Of a DNA stretch of 64,000 nt, positions 19,301 through 28,846 are shown one piece after another. Under the pieces are notes generated by a model. The model saw only the letters and a program-made list of their open reading frames with translations, did not search any database and was not told the DNA's origin. The position numbers were made by a program, and so were the translations under genes. Source of the DNA: Nannocystis pusilla (GTDB lineage Bacteria; Myxococcota_A; Polyangia; Nannocystales; Nannocystaceae); the NCBI RefSeq assembly GCF_026626665.1, contig NZ_JAPNKE010000002.1, positions 1,485,204-1,549,203 of the forward strand. Direction: 5' to 3'. Every line of letters starts with the position of its first letter. Positions within the stretch are counted from its first letter, which is position 1.

Positions 19301-20803
19301 ATGGCGATGCGCAGGGTTCGGACAGGGGTGGCGACGGCGGCGGCCTGGGCGGTGCTGGGCTGCGGCGACGACGGGCGGGGGGACTCCGCGGCGAGTGGAT
19401 CGGCGAGCAGCCCGATCACGACGGCGACCGAGGCGAGCACCGCGACGGAGCCGACGACGACGACGGCGGGGACGACCGCGCCGACGACCGCGGGCGGGGA
19501 CAGCGAGTCGACCGGCGAGGCGACGACGGCGGGGACGACTGCGCCGACGACCACGAGCGCGGTGGGCTGCCAGGACTGCACGCAGCCGCATCAGCAGTGC
19601 ATCGCGGGCGAGTGCGTGAGCGGCTGCCAGGGGCAGGCGGACGCGTGCGGGCCGGGGCAGGTGTGCGACGTGATCAGCGGCGAGTGCAAGGACGGCGGCG
19701 ACGGTTGCACTCTGGCCGGGCCGAGCGCGGCGTGTGACTCGGCCGAGTGCGGGCCCGGGAGCGCATGCGACGGCCAGGGCGGGTGCATCGCGGTGGCGCC
19801 GTGCCTCGACGTGGCGTGCACGGACGACGGGCGCTGCTGGGGCACCCAGTGCAGCTGCGAGCGCACGCCGAGCTGCGGCGATCCGCCGGCCGACCTGCTC
19901 AACGGGCCGTTCTCGGCCGACATCTCGGCGCTCGACTTCGCCGACGACTGCACCGCGTGGGCGGTGACGGTCAGCGGCGGGCAGGAGTTCGTGCGCCGGA
20001 TGTCGTCGGCGGGCGAGATGGAGGCGTTCGGGGCGATCGGGGACTACGACCTCGGCGAGGTGCGGGTGCTGCGAAACCTGGTGATCCCGCGGGCGGCGGG
20101 CTCACCGGCGCTGACGGCCGCGGCGACGCCGCCCAGCCCGGTCGAGGGCAACGGCGAGGTGGCGCTGACGTACATCTGCTGCCCGTCGTGCGGCTCGTGC
20201 GCCAACAACCCGAGCGCGCGCGGGGTGGCCCGCCTGGTCGAGGACGATCCGGTGATGCCGCTGCCGATCGTGATCTACGCCGAGCCGACCCAAGGGACAG
20301 GTCCGTTCGGACAGATGCACCTCGACGGCGGGCCGCAGGGGCTGACCTGGGGCGAGAACCGGGTGCTGTATGTCGGCAACGCCGTCGGCGACGGCGACTA
20401 CAGCAGCGCCGACCTGGAGGCCGGCACGGTCGACTCGCTCTACACCTTCGACGCCCGGGTCAGCGCGAGCGCGCCGGTCAGCCCGGTGCACAACCTCGTG
20501 GCGCTGCTCGAGGGCGAGCTGTACCGCTTCAACGTGGTCACGCACGAGGCCGAGTTCGTGGTCGACGTGATGGCGGACGTCACGGGCCTCAGCCACGACG
20601 CGTTCGACGGCCACGTGTACGCCAGCCTGTCGACGCTCGAGGTGGTGCGCGTCCACCCGTTCACCGGCGCGGCCCTGCCGTTCGCGACCATGCCGGCGAA
20701 GGGCCGGGTGGCGGTCAGCCCGAGCGGGGCGCTGTGGTTCACGCCGGTGAAGTATTTGAACGCCGGGGCGCTGCAGTCGTGGCCGCTGCCGACCGGGCTG
20801 TGA
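19301..20803 (+). CDS. hypothetical lipoprotein with a Thr/Pro-rich linker and a Cys-rich region
   Basis: ATG at 19301. Lipobox AVLGC, a TTTA(G)TTAPTT linker, and many Cys in pairs (…CQDCTQPHQQCIAGECVSGCQG…). Confidence 0.6.
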   Translation: MAMRRVRTGVATAAAWAVLGCGDDGRGDSAASGSASSPITTATEASTATEPTTTTAGTTAPTTAGGDSESTGEATTAGTTAPTTTSAVGCQDCTQPHQQCIAGECVSGCQGQADACGPGQVCDVISGECKDGGDGCTLAGPSAACDSAECGPGSACDGQGGCIAVAPCLDVACTDDGRCWGTQCSCERTPSCGDPPADLLNGPFSADISALDFADDCTAWAVTVSGGQEFVRRMSSAGEMEAFGAIGDYDLGEVRVLRNLVIPRAAGSPALTAAATPPSPVEGNGEVALTYICCPSCGSCANNPSARGVARLVEDDPVMPLPIVIYAEPTQGTGPFGQMHLDGGPQGLTWGENRVLYVGNAVGDGDYSSADLEAGTVDSLYTFDARVSASAPVSPVHNLVALLEGELYRFNVVTHEAEFVVDVMADVTGLSHDAFDGHVYASLSTLEVVRVHPFTGAALPFATMPAKGRVAVSPSGALWFTPVKYLNAGALQSWPLPTGL

Positions 20804-20814
20804 CGGGCGGGCGC

Positions 20815-20893
20815 TCGGGGCATGTCGCGGAGGACATGTCCCGGCGGCGCGGTGCGTCGGGACATGTCTCGAAGGACATGTCCTGTGCGCCCG
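20815..20893. repeat. 14-bp periodic repeat array, about 5 units
   Basis: ggggcatgtcgcggaggacatgtcccgg…cgtcgggacatgtctcgaaggacatgtcctgtg lies between convergent genes. Confidence 0.7.
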
Positions 20894-21514
20894 TCAGGGC
20901 CGGCGGACGGTGGCGTTGGCCTTGAGGCCGCGGCCGACCAGGTACTGCTCGGTGCTGGTGGTGCGCGAGTTCTTGGCGTGGTAGGGGCGCGCCTCCTGGA
21001 AGGTGGCGCGGAAGCGCTTGAGCAGCTCGCCGAAGCCGCCGCCCTGGAACACCTTGGCGACGCAGTGGCCGCCGGGCCGCAGGACCATGCAGGCGATGTC
21101 GAGGGCGCGCTCGGCCAGGCCCTCGCTGCGGACGACGTCGGTGTGGCGGTCGCCGGTGGTGTGCGGAGCCATGTCGCTGAGGACGACGTCGAACGGCTGC
21201 AGATCGGGGCCGGGGGTCCACTCGAACACGTCGGCGACGCGGTGCTCGACGTGGGCCGGGAAGCTGAGCACCACCGGCTTGAGGTCGATGCCGAGGACGT
21301 AGCCGGTCTCGGTCACGCGGTCGCCGGCGTACTGGATCCACGAGCCGGGCCAGCAGCCGAGGTCGAGCACCCGCGCGCCCTGGCGCAGGATGTGGAACCG
21401 CTTGTCGATCTCCTCGAGCTTGTAGACCGCGCGCGCGGCGTAGTTCTCTTGCTTGGCGCGCAGGTAGGCGGCGTCGTTGCGGTGGGCCTTGTCGCTGAGG
21501 CGGTGGCGGGTCAT
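20894..21514 (-). CDS. rlmE: 23S rRNA (uridine-2'-O)-methyltransferase RlmE/FtsJ
   Basis: 206-aa ORF with RlmE family similarity (AYKLEEIDKRFHILRQGARVLDLGCWPGSW…DVVLSDMAP). Confidence 0.85.
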   Translation of the reverse strand: MTRHRLSDKAHRNDAAYLRAKQENYAARAVYKLEEIDKRFHILRQGARVLDLGCWPGSWIQYAGDRVTETGYVLGIDLKPVVLSFPAHVEHRVADVFEWTPGPDLQPFDVVLSDMAPHTTGDRHTDVVRSEGLAERALDIACMVLRPGGHCVAKVFQGGGFGELLKRFRATFQEARPYHAKNSRTTSTEQYLVGRGLKANATVRRP

Positions 21515-21555
21515 GGCGTGCGGCTAAGCAGCCGAGCCGGCGCGTGGCCGGCTCG

Positions 21556-21600
21556 AGGGAGGTGGCTCCAAGGACATGTCTCGAAGGACAGGGCCTTCGG
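21556..21600. repeat. 14-bp periodic repeat array, 2-3 units
   Basis: ccaaggacatgtctcgaaggacagggccttcgg. Confidence 0.5.
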
Positions 21601-21610
21601 AGCAGGGGTC

Positions 21611-22282
21611 TCAGCCCTTGTTGTTGCCGGCCTTGATGGCGGGCTTGACGGCGGCGCGGATGGTCACGAAGCCGTTGTTGGGGCCGGGGATCGGGCCGCG
21701 CACGAGGACCAGGCCGCGCTCGGCGTCGATCTTGACGACCTCGAGGTTCTGCAGGGTGACGCGCTCGTGGCCCATGTGGCCGGTCATGCGCTTGCCGCGG
21801 TGGACGCGGCCGGGGGTCTTGCGGCAGCCGATCGAGCCGCCGTGGCGGAAGAACTCGTGCTGGCCGTGGCTGTTCTTCTCGCCCTCCATGTTGTGGCGCT
21901 TGATGACGCCCTGGTAGCCCTTGCCCTTGGAGGTGCCGGTGATGTCGACGCGGGCGCCCTCCTTGAACAGGTCGGCGCCGAGCTGGCTGCCGACCGGGTG
22001 GGCGGCGAGCGCCGCGGCGGGGACGCGGAACTCCTTGTGGACGTAGAAGGTGCCGACCTTGGCGGCCTCGGCGGCGCCCTTCTCGGGCTTGCTGGCGCGG
22101 TTGGCCTTCTTCTCGGCGAAGCCGACCTGCAGGGCCGTGTACGTGTCGCGCTCGGCGGTGCGGTGGGCGGTGACGGTGTTGCCGGTGACGTGCAGGACGG
22201 TGACGGGGACGCGGTCGCCCTCGTCCTTGAACACCTGCGTCATTCCAAGCTTTTTGGCGATGAGACCGATCTGGAAGTTCAT
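21611..22282 (-). CDS. rplC: 50S ribosomal protein L3
   Basis: Strong similarity to L3 along the full length (GLIAKKLGMTQVF…TGTSKGKGYQGVIKRHN…GKRMTGHMGHERVT). It is stand-alone and not embedded in an S10 operon. Confidence 0.8.
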   Translation of the reverse strand: MNFQIGLIAKKLGMTQVFKDEGDRVPVTVLHVTGNTVTAHRTAERDTYTALQVGFAEKKANRASKPEKGAAEAAKVGTFYVHKEFRVPAAALAAHPVGSQLGADLFKEGARVDITGTSKGKGYQGVIKRHNMEGEKNSHGQHEFFRHGGSIGCRKTPGRVHRGKRMTGHMGHERVTLQNLEVVKIDAERGLVLVRGPIPGPNNGFVTIRAAVKPAIKAGNNKG

Positions 22283-22451
22283 TTGGCTCCGGAACTCAGG
22301 CCCGAAGGGCCGTACGAGGAACTGCGCGCGCGGCTTCCTTCACGTTGGAATCAGCGAAGAGCGAGGCGCCGCAGGGACGGGGAAGGTGCCCGCGATCGCG
22401 CCGGGCGTCAACCTGCGGGCGCGCCGGGACCGGGGCGGCGGCGGATTTGCC

Positions 22452-23270
22452 TCACGCGCTGGCGGGGGCCGGCAAGCGGAAGAAGGCGCGGGCGTTGGCC
22501 CCGGCCTGCACCGCCAGGGCGGCCGGATCCTCGCGGCGGACGCCGGCGAGGTGCGCGCAGGTGAAGGCGACGTTGGCCGGCTCGTTCTTGCGGCCGCGCA
22601 CGGGCACAGGGGCCAGGTACGGGGCGTCGGTCTCGAGCAGCAGGCGATCGGCGGGGCACAGGCGGGCCGCGTCGCGCAGGCCCTCGGCCTGCGGGAAGGT
22701 GGCGATGCCGGAGAAGGACAGGAGGTAGCCGCGGGCCAGCCACTGCTCGGCCTCGGCGGGGGTGCCGGTGAAGCAGTGGACGACGCCGCCGCGCGGGAGG
22801 GCCGGGGCGTCGTCGAGGATGGCGAGGGCGTCGGCGTGGGCGTCGCGGATGTGCAGGACGAGCGGCTTGTCGAGCTCGCGGGCGATCTCGCGGTGGGCGG
22901 CCAGGGCGCGTTTTTGCGCGTCGGGCGTGCTGTTGTCGTAGTGGTAGTCGAGGCCGGTCTCGCCGACGGCGACGACCTTGGCGTCGCGGGCGAGGGCGGC
23001 GATCTCGGCCAGGGCGGCCTCGTCGGCCTCCTTGGCGTCGTGCGGGTGGATGCCGACGGCGGCGAAGAGGTGGGCGTGCGGGGCGACCAGGGCGACGGCC
23101 CGCGGGGCGCTGGCGCGCGAGCAGCCGACGTGGATCATCTGCACGACGCCGGCGTCGGCGGCCCGCTGCAAGGTGGCGGCGAGGTCGTCGATCATCGGCG
23201 GGTAGTCGAGGTGGCAGTGGGTGTCGACGAGGCCAGGGAAACGGGGCGGACGCTGCGCGGGCATGATCAA
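22452..23270 (-). CDS. tatD: TatD family hydrolase (metal-dependent DNase)
   Basis: LVDTHCHLD, GETGLDYHY and HCFTG motifs. Confidence 0.8.
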   Translation of the reverse strand: MIMPAQRPPRFPGLVDTHCHLDYPPMIDDLAATLQRAADAGVVQMIHVGCSRASAPRAVALVAPHAHLFAAVGIHPHDAKEADEAALAEIAALARDAKVVAVGETGLDYHYDNSTPDAQKRALAAHREIARELDKPLVLHIRDAHADALAILDDAPALPRGGVVHCFTGTPAEAEQWLARGYLLSFSGIATFPQAEGLRDAARLCPADRLLLETDAPYLAPVPVRGRKNEPANVAFTCAHLAGVRREDPAALAVQAGANARAFFRLPAPASA

Positions 23271-23929
23271 GGGTTCATGGCGAAGATGAGGAAGTACTGG
23301 TGCGGGAGGAAGTCCTCTTCGCGCTCGAGGGCGAAGCCGGCCTGGGCGAGCTCGGCGACGATGGCGTCGCGCGAGAGCCTGTACTTCGGGTCAGGTGCGA
23401 ACTTCTCCGGCGGCTGCGCGTCGGGCCGAAAGTCGACGATCGCCAGGTGACCGCCGGGCTTGAGCGCCTGGTGGACCTTCTTGAAGTAACGCACGCGGTC
23501 GCGCAGATAGGCGTAGGTGTTGGCGACGAAGACCAGGTCGATGGCCTTCTCGGGCAGCGCCGGGTCGTCGTAGAAGGCGAGGTGCGGCTGGATGTTGGGG
23601 GTGCCCCAGCTCTCGCGCTGCGACTCGATGTGGGAGCGGAACTCGTCGTCGATGTCGACGGCGTAGACGGTGCCGGTCGGGACCTGCTGGGCCAGGCGGC
23701 GCGAGAAGTAGCCGGAGCCGGCGCCGATGTCGGCGATCACCGCGCCCTTGTCGGGGATCGGGAGGGCGCGGACGATCCGGTCGGGCATCTCCCACGACTC
23801 GCGCCCCTCGCTCTCCATGGTGGCGATCGCCGCCTTGGGGTCGTCGTAGTCCATGTCGGCGACGACCTCGCGCTTGCGACACCCGACGGCAGCGACCACG
23901 AGCACGGCGGCGAGGAGGGGGCGGTACAT
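23267..23929 (-). CDS. class I SAM-dependent methyltransferase (lipoprotein)
   Basis: Lipobox VAAVGC. SAM-binding VIADIGAGSGYFS…VYAVDID motifs. Overlaps the tatD start by 4 nt. Confidence 0.7.
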   Translation of the reverse strand: MYRPLLAAVLVVAAVGCRKREVVADMDYDDPKAAIATMESEGRESWEMPDRIVRALPIPDKGAVIADIGAGSGYFSRRLAQQVPTGTVYAVDIDDEFRSHIESQRESWGTPNIQPHLAFYDDPALPEKAIDLVFVANTYAYLRDRVRYFKKVHQALKPGGHLAIVDFRPDAQPPEKFAPDPKYRLSRDAIVAELAQAGFALEREEDFLPHQYFLIFAMNP

Positions 23930-24017
23930 GTCCGTCAGCTTACGCGCGAGCCCGGCCCCGCGGGAAGTGCCCGAGTCCAGTTCGAGGACGGCCCGAGTCG
24001 GCTACACTCCGCGGCCG

Positions 24018-24821
24018 ATGGCTGAGCCCGGAACAGCGAGCGCGGCGCGCGTCCGCCAGGAAGCGAAGGGTCGCGAGCTGCTGGCCGACTCGGGCGTGCT
24101 CTGGAGCGCGCTGCCGGTGGAGTGGCCGCGCGAGGCCGAAGGCGGGTCGGCCGCGGCGCTGCCGGGCTGGGGCTGGCGGGTGCGTCGCTCGCTGGCGGCG
24201 CTGCTGCTGCGGCCGCGCCGGAGCTTTCAACACGTCCATGAACCAGTCGACCACGGAGCGGCGCTGCGGCTGCTGCTGACGGTGAGATTGCCGCTGTGGG
24301 CGGCGCTGCTGGTGACGCTGGGCATTGCAGGCCCGACAGCCGCGGTCCACGAGGGGATCCCGCTGTTCGACGCGCACCTGGTCGAGGCGCTGTCGCTCTG
24401 GTTGCTGCTGATGGCGCCGGTCGGGGTGCCGCTCCTGTACGCGAGCCTGGGGATCGCCACCCACGTGGCCCTGGCGCTGACCGGCGGGGCGCCGCGCTCG
24501 ATCGCGGCGACCCTGCGGGCCACCGGCTACGCCCTGGCGCCCGCGCTGCTGGGGGTCGCGCTGCTCGACCTGCCGCTGTACCTGGGGCAGCTGACGCTGC
24601 CGGTCTACCTCGGCGGGCTGGGGGCGCTGACCCTGATGACGTTCGTGGTCGCCGGCAACGCGCTCACGGGGACGCACCAGATCCCGGCGATCCGCGGGTT
24701 CGTGGTCGCGCTGGTGCCGGCTGCCATGTTCGCGGCGACGCAGGCGCTCCGCGCCGTGCTCACGCTCGGCGAGCTGCCCGGCTACGCGCCGCCGCCGGGG
24801 CTGCCGTACCTGGTGCCCTGA
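24018..24821 (+). CDS. integral membrane protein, hypothetical
   Basis: Starts at MAEPGTASAAR. Several predicted TM helices (LWAALLVTLGIAG, LWLLLMAPVGVPLLY, …). Upstream ORF text is low complexity. Confidence 0.5.
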   Translation: MAEPGTASAARVRQEAKGRELLADSGVLWSALPVEWPREAEGGSAAALPGWGWRVRRSLAALLLRPRRSFQHVHEPVDHGAALRLLLTVRLPLWAALLVTLGIAGPTAAVHEGIPLFDAHLVEALSLWLLLMAPVGVPLLYASLGIATHVALALTGGAPRSIAATLRATGYALAPALLGVALLDLPLYLGQLTLPVYLGGLGALTLMTFVVAGNALTGTHQIPAIRGFVVALVPAAMFAATQALRAVLTLGELPGYAPPPGLPYLVP

Positions 24822-24825
24822 GGCT

Positions 24826-24915
24826 GGCGGGAGGGACATGTCGGGACAGACATGTCGGGAGGGGCATGGCCAGAGGGGCATGTTCTGAGGGACATGTTCT
24901 GAGGGACATGGGGTC
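24826..24915. repeat. 14-bp periodic repeat array, about 6 units
   Basis: gggagggacatgtcgggacagacatgtcgggaggggcatggccagaggggcatgttctgagggacatgttctgagggacatgggg. Confidence 0.75.
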
Positions 24916-24925
24916 GGGCGACGCG

Positions 24926-25150
24926 AGAGAGCGCGGGCGACGGACCGACTGGGGCGGGGCGAGCGAGCGCGGGCGACGGACCGACTGGGGGCGAGCGAGC
25001 GCGGGCGAAGAAACCGACGCGGGGCGGGGCGTGCGAGCGCGGGCGACGGACCGCCTGGGGCGAGCGAGCGCGGGCGACGAAACCGACATGGGGCGGGGCG
25101 TGCGAGCGCGGGCGACGAAGCGACGTGGGCGGCGCGAGGCGACGCGAACG
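24926..25150. repeat. 32-38-bp minisatellite, about 6 copies
   Basis: Unit gagcgcgggcgacggaccgactggggcggggcgagc and variants (…gaagaaaccgacgcggggcggggcgtgc…). Intergenic, flanked on both sides by 14-bp arrays. Confidence 0.75.
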
Positions 25151-25221
25151 GGTGAAGGCGAAGAACCGATGGGGCACGGCCCAATCGGGGCCGTGCGTGT
25201 TGGAGTCCCGGGCGCACGAAA

Positions 25222-25268
25222 AGAGACATGTCGCCGGGGGCATGGCCCGGGCGACATGTCTTTCAGGG
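25222..25268. repeat. 14-bp periodic repeat array, about 3 units
   Basis: agagacatgtcgccgggggcatggcccgggcgacatgtctttc. Confidence 0.6.
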
Positions 25269-25284
25269 CAACAGGTGCGGGCGC

Positions 25285-25986
25285 TCAGCCGGCCTTGGGG
25301 GGCTCGGCGGCGTCGGCGGGGACGCCGAGGACCTCCTGGATGGCGGTGTTGAGGCCGGAGAGGTCGGCCGGGGCGACGCCGGAGTACTTCACGGCGTTGC
25401 GGCCGTCGGCGAACATGACGGTGCGGCTCTTGGTGATGTTGTACCAGCCGTCGAAGGCGTCGTTCTTGCCGCCCTCGTCGGCCGGGACGACCACCGGGAT
25501 GGTGACGCCGAGCTCGGTGCGCAGGGCCTTGACCTTGGCCTCGAGCGCCGCGCGGTCGCCGGTGGGCGTGGTGGCCTTGCCGTCCTTGATGTCGGTGATG
25601 ACGGCGAACGCCTTGATCTTGTCCTCGCCGTACTTCTGGACGAGGGCGTCGAGGTTCTTGATGTCGTTGCGGAAGGCCTCGTCCTCGAGGGTGCCGACGG
25701 CCATGATCTTCGGGCTGCCGCCGAACTTGCAGACCTGGCAGTACTTCTCGCCGCTGTCGCAGTTGACGATCTCGAACGGCTTGAACTTGCCGCCGACCCC
25801 GAGGCCGCTGTCGGCGAGGACGGGCGCCTCGGCGGGCTTGGCCGGGGCGGCCTCGACGGGCTTGTCGGCGGGCGCGGGCGCGGCCGGCTTGGCGGCCTCG
25901 ACGGGGGCAGGCTTGGTGGCCGCCTCGCCGCCGCAAGCAGCAGCGAGGATCACGGCGAGGGCGAGGCTCGAACGAGTGGTGAGCAT
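25285..25986 (-). CDS. hypothetical lipoprotein with a CxxC pair and an Ala/Pro/Lys-rich linker
   Basis: Starts at MLTTRSSLALAVILAAC (lipobox). Carries NCDSGEKYCQVC. No clear thioredoxin WCxxC motif. Confidence 0.5.
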   Translation of the reverse strand: MLTTRSSLALAVILAAACGGEAATKPAPVEAAKPAAPAPADKPVEAAPAKPAEAPVLADSGLGVGGKFKPFEIVNCDSGEKYCQVCKFGGSPKIMAVGTLEDEAFRNDIKNLDALVQKYGEDKIKAFAVITDIKDGKATTPTGDRAALEAKVKALRTELGVTIPVVVPADEGGKNDAFDGWYNITKSRTVMFADGRNAVKYSGVAPADLSGLNTAIQEVLGVPADAAEPPKAG

Positions 25987-26203
25987 GGGTTCTTCCTCCG
26001 AGTGGCGGCCATTTTGGCCGGGCGGGCCGCGCGGCGCCAGCCGATCTACGGCAATTCGTCGCCTGGCGCTGGGCACGCGCGGGGTCTGGGGGCCTCGCTG
26101 ACGAGGCGCCGGCGCACGGCGCTTCGTGGTTCGACCGGGGCGAGCGAGGGCCTCGCTGTCCGTACCCGGTGAGTTCCCCTGGCGATCGCGGCGCTGCCCG
26201 GGT

Positions 26204-27299
26204 TCACGGGCACAGCGGGCTCGACGGCTCGAGGCAGGCGAGGCCGGCGACGATCTCGACGCGATGGTTGGCGCGCCGACCCTCCTCGCTGTCGTTGTCG
26301 GCGATCGGCTGGTCGGCGCCGCTGCTGCGCACCTCGAGGGTGTGATGGACGAAGCCGCGATCGATCAAGGCGGCGCGCGCCTTGTCGGCCATGTCGAGGC
26401 CGAGCTGGCGCGCCTCGGCGGGCGGCATGCCGGCGGCGGTGTGGCCCTCGAGGACGAACACGCCGCGGGTGGAGAGGCGCTGGCCGAGCTGCTTGCGCCG
26501 GGCGTCGAGCTCGAGGAAGCCCTCGGGGTCGAGCTCGCGGGTGACCGGGTCGTAGGCGATCCGGACGACGAGACGCCCGCAATCGGCGACGAAGGCCTCG
26601 GGGCAGCCGTCGTCGTCCTGCTCGCCGTTGATGGTCTCGGGCTGGTCGCGGCAGTCGCGGCGGTGGCTGCCGCGCTCCAACTTGCCGTCGCAGTTGACCC
26701 ACTCGCTGCCGGTCCAGCGCGCGGCGTCGAGGACGCCGTCGCCGTCGTTGTCGCGGTCGGGACAACCATCGTCGTCGGCGAAGCGGTCGTGATCCTCGGG
26801 ATCGTCGCGGCAGCGATCGACGGCATCGGCGACGCCGTCGGCGTCGCGGTCGGGGGCGAAGGGCGGACAGACGCGCCGCAGCTGGACCCAGCTGCCGGCC
26901 CACAGATCGTCGGCGGGACCGCCCGGGACGCCGTGGACGACCAGGCCGACGCGCGCGGCGGGCCGGACCTCGGCGCGCGCGCGCGAGCAGGTCGGCGCCG
27001 AGGGCCCGCATCTGCGCGGAGACCTGCGCCGGATCGGCGCCGGCGCGCGCGGCCGCGGCCATGTGGACGCCGAGCTCGACGCGCACCTGCGGGTCGGCGC
27101 GCACGCGGGCGATCCACTCGTCGAGCTCGGCGGCGCCGTCGCGGTCGAGCTGCAGGGGCATCGCGGTGGCGGCGTAGGGGATGGTGGCCAGGATCGCGGC
27201 GCACTCCGAGATCGGGGGCGGCTGCGGCCGCTCGGGCACTTGCGGGCCGCTGCAGGCGAGCAGCGCGGCCAGCGAGGCGATGGCGGAGGATCGTCGCAC
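26204..27299 (-). CDS. OmpA-family lipoprotein with thrombospondin type-3 (DxDxDG) repeats; apparent frameshift
   Basis: The N-terminal frame begins MRRSSAIASLAALLAC (lipobox) at 27299. The C-terminal frame ends at 26204 with TSP3 repeats (DRDADGVADAVD…DRDNDGDGVLD) and an OmpA C-domain (…NRRVEIV). The frame change sits at a (GC)5-6 tract near 26979-26990. Confidence 0.65.
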
Positions 27300-27404
27300 G
27301 CTCGGCGATCAGGATAGCGCGAGGACGACGGACGAACCCGAGTTCTCGTCGCGCTCGCGTCCGCGCGGGTGGTCGGGAGGCCGGGCGACGGATAGGGTGG
27401 ACGC

Positions 27405-28085
27405 ATGCGCCGGTGGCAGGTCGTGGGGTTCGTGGTGGTGGTGGGATGTTCGGGCGGGCCGGGGGCGAGCGAGGCGACCTCCGAGGCGACGGCCGGCACC
27501 GGCGAGACGGCGGGGACCGGGTCGAGTTCGACGACGAGCGGGGACTCCACGACGGAGGCGCCGACGACGTCGAGCGGGGTGACGTCGACGGAGGCGTCGT
27601 CGACGACGTCGGAGCCGGTGGCGTACTGCCAGGGGTTCGAGCGCGACGCGCCGGCGCCGTTCTTCGAGCTGGCGGTGATGGGCGGGGCGCCGCTGGTCGA
27701 CGGGGCGGTGCTGCCGCTCGAGTGCGGCGGGCAGGGGCTGTGGATGTTCGGCCTGTACCCGTCGCTCGGCGGCTTCGACCCGGGCGGGTACTACCCGCAC
27801 GTGTCGGTGGTGGTCGACGTCGAGGGCTACGACATCGGGCCGACCGGACACTTCTACCAGCGCGACGGCGAGTCGTATTACATCGGCTGCGAGCAGCTCG
27901 ACGGCGGGGTGTCCGGGGTGGTGCCGGTGTTCCCGCCCGACGAGCTGGCCGAGCTGTCGGAGGTCGACGGGCTGGCGGCGCAGGTGCACGTCGAGGTCGA
28001 GACGCCGGACGGCCCGCTGGCGGTCGACGCCCTGGTGACGCTGTCGGCGCCGCCCGAGCTGGTGCAGCTCGGGTGCGTGCTGTGA
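27405..28085 (+). CDS. hypothetical lipoprotein
   Basis: ATG at 27405. Lipobox VVVGC followed by a Thr/Ser-rich linker. No known domain. Confidence 0.5.
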   Translation: MRRWQVVGFVVVVGCSGGPGASEATSEATAGTGETAGTGSSSTTSGDSTTEAPTTSSGVTSTEASSTTSEPVAYCQGFERDAPAPFFELAVMGGAPLVDGAVLPLECGGQGLWMFGLYPSLGGFDPGGYYPHVSVVVDVEGYDIGPTGHFYQRDGESYYIGCEQLDGGVSGVVPVFPPDELAELSEVDGLAAQVHVEVETPDGPLAVDALVTLSAPPELVQLGCVL

Positions 28086-28093
28086 GGTGGTTC

Positions 28094-28162
28094 TCGGGAC
28101 ATGTCCTCGGGGGCATGTCCGTGAGGGCATGCGCTGACGGGCATGTCCACGAGGACATGTCG
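28094..28162. repeat. 14-bp periodic repeat array, about 5 units
   Basis: tcgggacatgtcctcgggggcatgtccgtgagggcatgcgctgacgggcatgtccacgaggacatgtcgg lies between convergent genes. Confidence 0.75.
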
Positions 28163-28164
28163 GA

Positions 28165-28779
28165 TCAGCGGTAGAGCGCGCGCTGCTGGAGGCGGGCTTC
28201 GAGGGCCGGCCAGAAGTCGCGGCGCCAGCGGTCGGTCCAGGCCCGCTGGGCGAGCGCGCGCCGGTGCTCGGGGATCACGACCAGGAGCAGCAGGACGCCG
28301 ACGAAGAAGGCGCTGGTCATGAGGCCGATGAAGGCGAGCACCCACAGGTCGCCGGTGACGACGAACATGGCGAGCAGCATGGCGGCGCCGAACACGATCT
28401 CGCCCCAGAGGTAGGAGTCGTGGTGCCACCACGGGCTGTCGGCGAAGGAGCCGGCCGCCGGGCGGATCCGCAGGCCCACGGTGGTGCCGCTGTCGCTCGC
28501 CTCGGCGGTGATGTCGACCCAGAGGCCGATGTCGCTGGCGTCGAGGTGCCAGTGCAGGCCGGCGGCCGACGAACGGTCGTGCAGCTCGAGGCTCCTGGCC
28601 AGCGATTCGAGGGCGTCCATCACCACGGGGAGCTCGGCGTCGCAGGGCCGCCACTCGCAGTCGGAGTCGCCGGGCGCGGGCGCGGCGGGACGGACGGGTT
28701 CGGCCGTAGCGAGCACGGTCGCTGCAGGCTTGACGAGGGCGCTGCCCGGGCTCGGCAGCAGGGGGACGGTCTTCCTCAT
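28165..28779 (-). CDS. hypothetical membrane protein
   Basis: 204-aa ORF with C-terminal TM helices (IVFGAAMLLAMFVVTGDLWVLAFIGLMTSAFFVGVLLLLVVI). Confidence 0.45.
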   Translation of the reverse strand: MRKTVPLLPSPGSALVKPAATVLATAEPVRPAAPAPGDSDCEWRPCDAELPVVMDALESLARSLELHDRSSAAGLHWHLDASDIGLWVDITAEASDSGTTVGLRIRPAAGSFADSPWWHHDSYLWGEIVFGAAMLLAMFVVTGDLWVLAFIGLMTSAFFVGVLLLLVVIPEHRRALAQRAWTDRWRRDFWPALEARLQQRALYR

Positions 28780-28846
28780 TGCGGACGGTCGTGGCGCTGG
28801 CTCCGAGGATAGGCGGTCCGGGCCGGCGACACGAGCGCGAGGCGGT

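Noticed and set aside
20822-21341. Short ORFs beginning MSRRTCP…, MSSWTCP…, MPSRTCP…, MSQSTCPFKHV…
   Set aside because: They are translations of the GGGACATGTCC repeat arrays (codons for R-T-C-P, G-H-V, D-M-S), not genes.
24826-25268. Possible CRISPR array (regular short direct repeats)
   Set aside because: Repeat units are 14 bp with 4-bp spacers, or 26-bp cores with 6-12-bp variable tails. These are far too short for CRISPR repeat and spacer geometry. No cas genes are nearby, and the same 14-bp arrays recur at almost every intergenic site.
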